Position numbers and translations under genes: made by a program. The notes under the pieces were generated by a model. The model was not told the DNA's origin, searched no databases, and saw only the letters and a program-made list of their open reading frames with translations. From Felis catus (taxonomy: Eukaryota), in assembly GCF_018350175.1 (NCBI RefSeq), contig NC_058368.1:169200001-169264000 (forward strand): 64,000 bases of DNA, written 5' to 3'. This document shows positions 52,659 through 64,000 of this stretch, in pieces (position 1 is the first letter of the stretch; every line of letters begins with the position of its first letter).

Positions 52659-55265
52659 AGAATTCCATTATTTAAAAAGAAATGTTATTTCATATGATTC
52701 TCTTATTGTTTCTGTGTGTTAATACAGATGAAGACAATGAGGTCCAGAGACATGAAGTGATGGGACTTAATCATAATTCTGGCTGTGCGTGAGGAACCAC
52801 TCCATAGGCCCTTACTTCATTGTTGATACAGCTGTAGGAATCTTATAGACAGAGAAACAATCAGTTCAGAAGAACATAAAGATTAAACCACAGAAAGTAT
52901 TCTGTTAAGGGCAAAAATCCCATCACCCAGACAGTCAAAACTGTCTCCTCACAGGCGCAGGGATGGTCTTCAGTAAATTTACTCAGAGCGGCTTCTTTTC
53001 ATTCTGGCTTTTAGGCAGGACTTTGTAACTTTGGGAGACTATTAAATGTTTATTTTTTAAATTGGTTCCAAAAAGGGAACAAATGCTTTTCATACTGTTT
53101 AACGTGTCGTTTGGGGTGTTAGATTAGAAAGCAACTGGGCTTTGACATGCCCTCATTATGGCTGATAGACTTAAAAAGCAGTACAACTGGAAATGAAGGT
53201 CTTCCGCCCTGCGGAGAAGCGTACTTTCAAGTTCTGCTGCAAAATCTTTTATAGCATCTGGAGACAGGTTTACAGATTGTCAACCTGTAAAGCTGTCTGG
53301 TTGACCTTGCCACATCGTAGTGACTTAAAGCAGAGTGCTATGTTGGTAATAATCAGCAGACTGAGACACTAGTGTAGTATGTACTAGAGCATGTGATAGG
53401 TTTCACTTCTATTCATACTTCACATTACTCATAGACCCAGTTCATTTAGGTTTAGTTTAATCTTATTCAGTTTCTATAGTTTCCATGGCTGATTTAGCAA
53501 AAATAATTACTTTTATTCTGATAAAAAAAAATTCCTTGGATCTTATTCATTCATTCAGTATTCACAACAAATATTTATCAACCTAGACTCTGGGCAGATC
53601 ACTGCCAATCTTGCCCCTCTTATCTATTTATGTCTTTCTATATATGTCTCCCTCCATCTAGATGCCTCCCCACCCTCTTTCTTTCCTACCTAACTCCTCC
53701 TTATCCTGCACACTCTGGTATTCTGAAAAGACTTTCTTAGCCCACAAAGTACTTTGATGCTAATACTTTTATTTACTCCCCAATGGGAATAGATGAAATC
53801 ACTTGCAAAGAACAAATCATGTGAAGACAGAAGAACTGGTTTTAGGGGAGGCATCAAAGAAGCAATACGTATGGTGGAGATGGAGCAGGAGTGGCTGGTA
53901 ATGCAGGAGAAAAAAAAAAAAAAAAAACAGGAGAAAAGCCAAGGAATGACTGTTTCCAGGTGCAGAACATAGTGAGCCCTGTTCACTGCTACAGAGAAGA
54001 CAAGTAAGCTAAAAGTGAAAACCATCACTGGTCTGTATGTGTACCTCTACATGCTTGTATGCATGAGGAGCAACACTGGAATGAGTCATAAAAATCCAAC
54101 AGTGGTTATCTGCAGAGCAGAGTAGGTCTGGGGCAGGTGAGAAATATGGATGGAAGGCTGACTTTTCTATTTTGCATACCCTCTAAAATTTCTGAATTTG
54201 AATTATGTAAATGTAATACATGTTCAGTAAATTAAAATAACATTAATTAGACTCACTGTAACTCTCTTACTAATGCTCATATCAAATTAGCAAAATATAC
54301 AAACTTCCAAAATTTTCCTGTGAAATTAAAATTGTGTTTAATGGGTCAAATGATCTAATCAACACTTCTATGAAATTTGTGCAATGAATCCTTTGTAAAA
54401 CTTTGTGAGGTGTACCAGAAATATCAGATTTACATATATCTAATGAGGGATCAAGTCTTTATGCTCTTCATGGAGTTTGTCTAAGAATTAAGAATGTTTA
54501 AAGAGACAACATCACATTTGGGGAGATGAGGTAAGGAAAATATTGAATTTTTTGCTTTTCAAAGAATATTTCTCAAAGTGTTAGTATTCAAAAGAATTCC
54601 ATCAGGCAGGCTAAGGATTTTTTCTTGTTTTCTATGTGGTATATACTATCATTATGGATTCTTAGTACTGCCTATTGAATAACTTCTTTTAATGTATTGG
54701 TTACAGGTGGTAATTACTGTGAATTAAAGGTTTCACAAATTCCATTCAATTTTTTGTAGTCGATATCACTTTCTGTATCAAAACACCCTTGTGGAGTCTT
54801 GGGATGTCACCCAACCCATCAGATCCTCCTTTCTGGGCTTATTTGTATCTAAAGAGAAGAATGTTTTTTACTGATTTTAGTTGAGCAGCCTGAAATAAAT
54901 TCTAATTTTTAAAACATTTTTGGATAAAAATTCAGAATTAGGGAATTTCCTAAAGCTTAGTAAAAATGATAGTACCTATTCTTTTTAAGAAGTATATAAA
55001 ATATTATGTTTTGTAAAAACTTTTCTAAAACTTCCAAAAGGATTTCTAAGGACCTAACACTTAGTTAACTTTCTAAAAGTAAGACTTTCTCCAGATGGTT
55101 AAATTTCATACCTTTACCTAAGAGGAATCCTTAGGATGTATAAATGGACATGTATTATATGTCAATTTAGTAATTCCAAATGGTGATAAAGGGACATACT
55201 CCATCTTCAAATAATTTTGTGAAGCCTAATAGGCACATATGAGTCCTTAAGAAAAAACATGTCAA

Positions 55266-55863
55266 GGGGCGCCTGGGTAGTTCAGTTGGTTAAGCGATTG
55301 AATTCAGCTCAGATCATAATCTCACAGTTCATGGGTTCGAGCCCTGTGTCAGGCTCTGTGCTGACAGCTCAGAGCCTGGAGCCTGCTTCGGATTCTGTAT
55401 CTCCTGCTCTCTCTGTCCCTCCCCTGCTCACGCTCTCTCATAAAAACAAAAACAAAAAAGAAACAAAAAACAAACAAACAAAAAAAAACATTAAAAAAGT
55501 TTTTTTAAGTAAAAACATGTCAAGGGGCACCTGGGTGGCTTAGTCAGTTAAGCGATCAATTTTGGCTCAGGTCATGATCTCACAGCTTGTTAGTTCCAGC
55601 CCCACGTCAGGCTGTCTGCTGTTTGTGCAGCAGAGAAACATTTAAATAAGCATTTTAAAGAAGAAAAAACATGTCGAGAAATGCCTGGGCAGCTCTGTCA
55701 GCTAAGCATCAGACTCGATTTCAGGTCAGGTCATGAACTCACAGTTTTCGGCTTAGGTCATGAGCCCCACATTGAGCTCTGCACTGACAGAGCGGAGCCT
55801 GCTTGGGATTCTCTCTCTCCTTCTCTCTCTCTCTGTCCCTCCCCTGTGCAGTGTGGTTGCTCG

Positions 55864-55903
<40 letters not shown>

Positions 55904-55917
55904 ATAAATGAACGCTT
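55266..55917 (+). mobile_element. Three head-to-tail CanSINEs (55266-55505, 55524-55655, 55678-55917)
   Basis: Three SINE heads, each preceded by AAAAACATGTC(A/G)A. Confidence 0.94.
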
Positions 55918-58900
55918 TAAAAAGTGTCAAAATCCCAATATTTGATTCCTTCACTATTTTAAGCATAATTATAATAACAGCATAATCTATATTTTATTAA
56001 CTATAAAAGAAAATGAACTGATTTTCAACCCTTTTTTTTTAAAGGTAAAGTTCCAGTCAAATCATTTTTTCTAGTACTTATATTGAAAATTTGTTATCCC
56101 AGTTGATTTAGGACAGTAACAAACTAATCCTAGAATCTCTATCACTTAACACAACAAAGGTTTGTTTCCTGTTGATAACAATTCTAATGTAAGAATGATA
56201 CTGTCAGCTATGTAGTGACTCAGGGATTCAGGAAGCTTCCATTCTGTGGTTCTGCGGTCTCAACATGTGACCCTGATTTCTGTGCCAGAGGCACCTTTAA
56301 CTCCACTTACAGATCACCGACTACAATCAGCCACAGGGCCACAATCTAACTACAAGGAAAGTTGTAAAATGCTATTTTGCTGGTGTTCAGGAAGAGAAAA
56401 TGAAATAGGACTAGGTGAACACAAAGCATTGCCCCTTTGAAAGTACTTTTTCTAAAACCAAATATCCTCGGAAAAAGAGAACCTCCATGAATGACAACAA
56501 ATTAGAGCTGTTACTCATCTCTGACTCCTCTTCATGATGGAAAGTGTTACAATAACCATGTATTTACATATAGTTGACCACAACTCATGGGATTTGTGAA
56601 CATCCCTGGCTTATTATTGCCTCCAAGATTTAATGTTACCATTTGTTTCATTTGGAATGGATATTGCAAATAAGGAAGAACCAGAGATGTAAGAATGTAT
56701 CAGATTACAGTATTGCTAAGCAGAGAGAATCTCTCATCGTGACTTTAGTTTCGCTTTTGAAAATATTACCATCAAAACTGATGCATGCCTCTGATAATAA
56801 ATATGGTCTTAAAACTTTTACTGCATTAAGCATTTGATGGAGCTGAGAGCCTACATTAACAAAAATGAAATTATATCTAATAAAAATACTCTATAAATGT
56901 CACAGAGATAAATGAGGTATTTTCATAACTTAAAATTCTCTCTCTTCTGGGAGCATTTTTAATGTAAAATGAGAATCCAAATTGTCCCCACATTTTATAG
57001 TTTCAGGTAATTTTGAACTCTACCAGAATGAATTTTTTTAAACAAAAGTTTCCTTTCCTTTCCAAACTTTAAAGTGCAGTCCGAGAAGGTTGAAATATTT
57101 GCTGTTGGTTTGCTTTATCAATGTGAAGATATCCTGGGTACAGAAAAGAATCAAAGGCTATATATCTAACACACCTAGACTTTTCCTTGGCATACAGGTT
57201 ACTTGGAACACACCATATAGCTGTCATTTGAGGTCTGTGGGTTGACCTACTGGGTACAACATAAGGGTTATATATGGTAGCTGGCCTGGCAGGTCTGAGC
57301 ATTGGTACAGTATTTATGAGTTCCAGCTTTGCTCCTAGACTCTTTATGGTCTCAAATAAGTAACAGGTGAAATCCCCAAAAAGTAACTTTAGTGTTGGAA
57401 GTGATGCAAAGTTTTAGTTTAGCCATAATAATAAATAAATACACAGAGAAAGAAGCACAAAAATAAAGTTTTTTAAAAATTCCACAAGAGGTTTCTTCTC
57501 TCATTTTGCTATTAACAACACTGATGACAAAAGCTAACTAAGAAAGGAGGAGAAACATGGCTCCCATTGACTCAGAAACAGTGAGTCAAAAAGACAAAGA
57601 TTTTCCTTTAATTCCTGCAGCCTTTAGTTCCAAAGTCATAACTGTGGACCAGGGTGCTAGGGAAATTGTTGCATGAAAGAGGAAAAGAACTCAGAAAAAG
57701 TAACTCTCATCTGTAAGCTATTCTTCCTAGCCTCAAAACAAATAACAGAAAACACATATCTTTGCAATGTTCTAAAGCATAAGCCACAGCAATCATTAAA
57801 CCCAATGGTCAGAGGAGCCAAGAGCGAGCCAGCCATGTGACCAAATTGGTTTAAGTATTCCAGTGGTCAGCATAGCCATTGGAGTCAAGTAGAGAAGAAT
57901 GATAAGAGAGATTTGGGAGAAGTCTGGAAGTGTCCTTAAACTTAAGGCTTGAAGAACTAAGTCAGGGATCTTATCGCTGATGGTTCAAGGTTGTAACCCC
58001 TTTTAAGATCAGTAGCAGACACACCGGTCATTTATTGTTTGAAAAATGTATGTATGTATATGCATATTATAGTCATAGAGCTTTCAGGTAAAGTGAGATT
58101 AAAGTTAGTAAGACTGTACCTAGACTAGACATATTATTCTCATAAACCATCCTGTATGGTTTATATATACATAGCCCTATACCTAAGTTGGCAGTTTAGT
58201 ATACATCTTACTATTTACTTAATCCATTTTCCAAAATGATGAATTAAATAACCCTTTGAGATATTATAAAAATCCTAAAACCCACCTGACACAGATGCAG
58301 CCATTCGATAATCTAGGGTCCTGATAGCATTCCAGAGTCAGTGGTTGTTCCATAATTGACATACCTAGAGAGATACGTTCCTCAGTGTCTTCCGAGTAGA
58401 TGTTGGGTCTGGCTTTGACATCTTCAGGGTGTTGCACCTGTGAAGAATGGCTTTGGCTGACTGATAATGCAGTAAGTAGGGTAACCATGGCTAGAGAAGG
58501 CCTTCTGGAAGGAATGTATTCACCCCTCCACCCATCATTTTACCGATTCAGGAATACCTTCTGATTGCCTACGTTGTACAGGCATTCGCATGAGTAAGAC
58601 TGACTCCTTGCTTTTTAGATGGTTACAACTTATAAGGAAGATAAGTGATCAATGTAAGGCAAATGCACAATTAATTTGAAGAAATGAGCAAAGTTAAGAT
58701 TAAACTTTGGAGACAATCACATGTTTTGAGAATTCAAGCAAGGATGGTGAGATGGGGAGGGATGTGACATCAAGGAGCCCCCACATTATGGACCCTGATT
58801 CGTCAACTTTTCCACCCCAGCAGAACTGACCACTCCTGACCTTATCCCTTGTTGTACCATGAATAGCTTTAAGTACAAAATACCTTTAATTTTGTCTCTT

Positions 58901-59279
58901 AGTTTTATTTTTTCCCTCCAAATTCTGTCTTGTTCATTTTGTATTACCATAACCTAGTGTGGTATTTGTTCCTAATTGGGATTTAGATGATGGATAGTTT
59001 TATCTGCCACAGTGGTTGATAATTGACTAGTGGCTGTTTGCACTTTAAGAGTGTTGGCTATGAAAGCAGCTGGAATAATTAGGTTGGCTCCACACAGATT
59101 AATCATTGTTAGCGTAGATTTTTCATCTACTTCATAGTACTTTGCGCAGTGCTCTGCAAGGTCTAGTTTTTGCTCAATAAATACACAATTACTTGCTATT
59201 TAGACAAGCAAGAGCTAGTGCCTTTTCTACTTGACAGCTCATGGTTGCTCTTTAAAGCAGATGTAAAAGATGTGGAAAA

Positions 59280-60005
59280 AAAGAGTAACAGGAAATATAC
59301 CATTGGTTCTTGGGAAAATGCTCAATCTCTTTCACAATAAAAGAAATGTTAGTTAAAAACATATTGAGATATCATTCACCTATCAATTGGCAAAGATCAG
59401 GAAACTTAACAGTATTTTTAAGAACATTCAAGTGAAAGCTTGTTGAAACTAGACTAGTAGATTCTGGAAAGCAATTTGACAATATGTATCAAACTTACAA
59501 ATGTATCTACTCTTTGACTCAGGAATTCCATTTCTAAGGACGTTAGGATCAATATTCTTTTATGTGGGAGATAATGAGTCAACAGAGTTCTTCAATACAG
59601 CATTGTTTGTGAGATAAGAATATCAGAAATAACCTAAAGGTACAGTCAGCAGGTGTCTGGTTCAACAATGGTACTTGGTACAGTGGAATACTATGCAGTC
59701 ATAAACAGAGTGGAGTTTTCTGTATTGGTGCAAGAATCTATATGCTAAGGAGAGACAGGGAAGGTCCAGAACGGTGTTATGCTCCTTTGTGTAAAAGAAG
59801 GAAAAAGAGAATGTGTGTGTCTATACTAGAATATGCAGGAGATATCTTTAGAAGACAACAGAAGAAACTAGTGACATTGATTCGCCCCTGAGCAGGGTAG
59901 CTGAGAGGCAGGAATGGGAAGCAGAGTTTTCACTGTGTGCCCTCTGTATTTTTGAAATGTGAGACCTTACAACTATATGACCTATACAAAAATTAAATAA
60001 AAACA
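59280..60005 (+). mobile_element. Ancient L1ME 3' region
   Basis: ttctggaaagcaatttgacaatatgtatcaaa...ctctttgactcaggaattccatttctaagg...gtggaatactatgcag. Confidence 0.75.
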
Positions 60006-63000
60006 AACACACTGCAGCAGATGCAGTGGTTCCCGGCAGGGAGCAGCTGTTGCTATGGTCACCTGCTGCAGCTGTCACACTAGTGTGGTCACCTACAGTG
60101 ACATCTGCTGGTGCTTCCTGACAGCTATTTTAGGTCCGTGTTTTTCAAATTGCTATTTTGAAAGTGGGCCACGCAATCAAGTTAGTGAATCCAACCGGCG
60201 TTCAAGAAAGAGAGAAAATCACACAGAACAGAAAATTTCAGAGTACGTAACCAGTAGTAAAGGTAGGTCCTGTTGTGTGATCTTTTGTTTGATTTTTTTA
60301 TAAGCATATGTGTCCTAACATATCTCTCTTACTGTGCTCAAAAATGTTAGAAAGCCGTTATCCTCAGTGGTGACCTTTCTCAGCGGGTCTAGATTTCGAT
60401 AGTTCGCCTTGAGCAACCAATATATAATAGGCACGTTTTCCATCATGGTGGGGCCAGGAGTTTCAGACTGTGGATGTGGTTCCCACCTTTATAGGCTGGT
60501 CCCTCTGCTTATGTCTCTATTGCCAGTGTACGCAGATTCTCTAGACTGTGTGTCTCCTCACATGAAAGCACCTTCATTCTTTTTAGAAGAGTAAATTCCA
60601 CACCATGGAGTACTGTGCAGTTGACAGGGCTGTTTGGAGTCTAGATGGGGTGACTGGGACCAAGATGCAACCTGGGGTCATTCATGTATCCTGAGCTTCA
60701 GTGACCCTAGGGCACCTTCCCTTCTCAGATTGACCCCAATGCCTTGGGTCATGCAGCTGCACCATCAGCAATGCCCTTCTCTCCATCTCTGCTTACTCCA
60801 TTCTAGTTTCCTTCAAGATCCTGCCCAGTGGTATTTCCTCCATGGAACCTTCCTTTATCTCCTCAGCCTAATATGACTTCGCATGTTGTTGTCATGCTCT
60901 CTTGATGGCAACTGAATGAAACTTGGTCCAAACTGGGCTTAAGCAATGAGAATTGGCTCAACTAATTAAAAGTTCAAGAATAGATTGGATCCACAAGCTA
61001 AAGATAAGATCATTGTTCAATTTCTCTTTATCTCTCTTTCCCCTTGCTCTCCATTCCCTTGATTTTCACTGTGTTGTCTTAATTTTTGAATATATACTTC
61101 TTTCATGGTGGCAAAATATCTTCCAGTAGCTCAATGATTAAATCCAACAAGTTGAATTTCAACAGGCAGAGAGGCCTTGTTTTTCTCATGACCGTACCAA
61201 AAGCCCCAAGAATGCGTCTTTCTGCCTAAGTTAGGTCGTGTGTTCAGTGCTGAATCAATCATTGTAGCCATGAGGTTAGAATTCACTCACTGGCCAATCT
61301 CAGATCACATACTCACCCCCCGAGACTTGGCAGGTCAGTTGTGGAAAATAGCTCCATGGAGTGTAGAAAAGAATGGTTCCTCAAATATATATTAAAAGTG
61401 CTATTACCTGAAGGAGGAGAATGACAAAACAGGCAAAAACAACAAATGTCCTTGTCAAACTGTAATCTCTACAGAGAAAATGCCAATTACCTAAGTATGT
61501 TTTCTTGTGTTAATACCTTACCAATGTGACAGTGAATTATTTAAGACAAAAATAAAGCAAATGAAATTAACATTTAAATTCTTATTCAGTTATCATATTC
61601 AATTGTTTTACATATTTTGGGCCTCTCCATGATGTGTTTTCTCTCAGGATTCTATTTTGATCTCCCACTAACCAATTTTTATGGGGAACTGAGTTAATTC
61701 ACCAGTTTCTAAAATCTAGAGCAACCATAGAAATATTGAATTCATTGTTTTGGCTTTTTGCCCCATCAATTTCGGTCAAATATTTTAATCAAAATAGAAA
61801 CTTAAAGTCTATGAAAGAAGACTAACATATACTCTGAGGAGCACATCTCACACTCCTGCTTTAGCTCATTCTTTCTCAGGAAACAAAATGTTTTTAAAGA
61901 CAAACATCTCAACACATCTGGTGTGGTTTTCTAGTTATCCCGTTTAAGCCAAAGGAAAAAAAAAAGTGGTATCATCTGTTTTTCTTTTATACGTTTTGAA
62001 ACATGAGTCTCCAAAAGCTATTTCCTAACATATGTCAATTTAACATCTGCCAGTTCCTAACTGATAGCCAGAAACAGCCGCACTGGCGGTACCTGCAATA
62101 GTGTCAAGGTATTTCCCATTACAACTGTCTTCGCTTTGGCATTGTCAGTAATATTTTTGCTCTAGGGGTAGCCTATTTCCCTAACTTGAAGGAGACACGT
62201 GAATTAGAGCACAAAGCAGGAGGAATAAATAGGACGATGTCTTGACAGTTATATGGAAGTGTAGCAGAGGAAAGTTTTCCCAAAAAAGTACTAGATAAGA
62301 AAATCTACGTCACGGGTCACAGATTGAACTGCTTCTCCTGGTGGAAACATGCTTTACTATACCACATCCTAATTTCTCCTTGTTATCCACTATCAAGAAT
62401 ATTTGCAAACAGAATTAAGATGTAGGAAGTAGTAACCATATCTAAGAGTACCCAACCATGTCCAAAGCTTCTCTTAAATTTTTCTCTTTTCTATTCCTTT
62501 GATGGAACTGAAAGTGCATCAGTGAGCTTCAGTTTCTGTCTGGAAATTCATAACAGAATGGTATTTTGACAGAATGATTATTTTGAAAGGGGTGGCCTAA
62601 GTGTTGGCCCTGAGAGAGATCAATATTTTTACCTGCCCTAAAATAATCTGGTGCTGAATTTTGTAGTTCAAAAATTTTAAGATCTCCAAAAAATTTTCAG
62701 ACCCCCCCCAAATTTTCAGGGCCTCCAAATGATTAGTGTCATTTGCTCCCTTTGATAAATTCTCCCTACCCCAATAACATTATTGCATTTTGTTTCATTG
62801 GACTTTAAAGGAGAGGCATCACTGTGGGCCCATTAAGGTCAAGGCTACCTGTATGTCATTATTATTATAAGCTCTGTGTCAAATCCTGTGCTTGACACAT
62901 AGTAAGCATGGAAGAAATGAACCAATCCTGTCCTGAAATTCTGAGATCCAACATTTGCTCTTCGAGTCCTCAAATTTAGGACATAAATTACATAAATTAA

Positions 63001-64000
63001 AAAAAAAAAACATCTAATTGACTTTGATAAAGAAAGAAGAAATGAGTTCTCATGATTGGACTTTTATAGGAAAACTTTAATGGTAGTTCTCTCTAAATAA
63101 ATTTGGGAGCTCACAAGTACTCTATACCAAATTCTCTTCATGGTAATGGTTACTTGACAATTTTTCAGTGAAGATAGTGTTTTTGAATATAAAGTAGGGG
63201 TTGTGGAAAGAGAAGGAATTTTGGAGACTAAAGGTCTATAGTTGAAATCCTAGATCCATTCTTTACAAAGTTATTTAACCTCTACTTCCCTATCTTCAAA
63301 ATAGGAGCTCAACAAAGTGCCTGGGACCCTGGTACTTATGGCCACTCACTAACTGGTAGTTATCATGATCCTTGTTATGACTACTCCTGGTATCAACTGA
63401 TCTGATATTATATAGTACAGAGAATAGACTCAGTTTATGTATAACCCAAGCCCTTTAAAGCTTTATAAGTGAAAACCCAGCTCTGCTCAGTGCTATGTTA
63501 GTCACCTAGCAGAATGGTAAATGGTATTACTTTTTCTGTCATATCTGCAGCATCAATTTTTGGCATGGTTATGAGGACATAGCCCTAATAAAAGTCATGC
63601 CATCTAAGCGACAGACCCACACAGCATTAATGGTAATGAGGGAAGAGACATGCTTAGTATTTCAAACCAGATTTCCCCTGTTGAAATTATACCTTCCCAA
63701 TCTATGACATATTATCCTACAGGTACAAGTGTCTATTTGCATTTTGTAAATCACAAAGACTTAGCACAAACGTCTCAGGTTAAACCTTAAGGTAATACAC
63801 AAGCAAGTTTCTAAGGGAGCCCTCTCTGCCTCCTTCCCCGTATTTCTCCTTTCTTTCCTAAGATGTTCCAGGCAATGTGCATATAAAAAATATTTACAGT
63901 TGATGAGATAGGAGATGAAAGGGATTCCAATATTTTTTCTTATTTCGACCTATTCTGGAAAAGGTGAAAGCCATTCCACATAAAGTTAAGTGCTGTAAAA

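Noticed and set aside
55248..55930. CRISPR-like repeat-spacer pattern
   Set aside because: The spacers are SINEs and the repeats are target-site duplications in mammalian DNA.
1770..55966. Recurring short ORFs with AQVMIS/GSVLTAQSLEPASDSVSP or ERERER motifs
   Set aside because: Translations of CanSINE bodies and microsatellites.
57069..57302. 77-aa ORF in unique sequence, possible processed pseudogene
   Set aside because: No similarity I recognise, and no poly(A) or target-site duplication; only a tBLASTn/BLASTx search could rescue it.

Overview
Mammalian genomic DNA from a felid (about 21 tRNA-derived CanSINE/SINEC_Fc copies plus carnivore/felid L1 3' ends). The only protein-coding gene I can support is the 5' half of PJA2 (Praja-2 E3 ubiquitin ligase) on the minus strand: a CpG-island promoter with non-coding exon 1 (donor at 28303, GCC repeat), exon 2 (9206-9089, ATG at 9119), exon 3 (7127-6927) and the large exon 4 (5324-4271). 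Together these give 428 contiguous codons; the RING-encoding exons lie left of the window. The rest is intron and about 35 kb of upstream sequence rich in L1, L2, MIR, MLT1 and MER elements. I found no new multi-gene system. The most unusual structures are products of retrotransposition: a tailless tRNA-Gln 5'-half copy with a perfect 16-bp target-site duplication (43817-43882), a fragment ending at an MLT1 LTR poly(A) site nested inside an L1 (15941-16175), and three SINEs stacked at one re-used target site (55248-55930). There is also a predicted second PJA2 start at Met12 and several candidate cis-elements. Repeat family names come from recalled consensus sequences and their boundaries are approximate.
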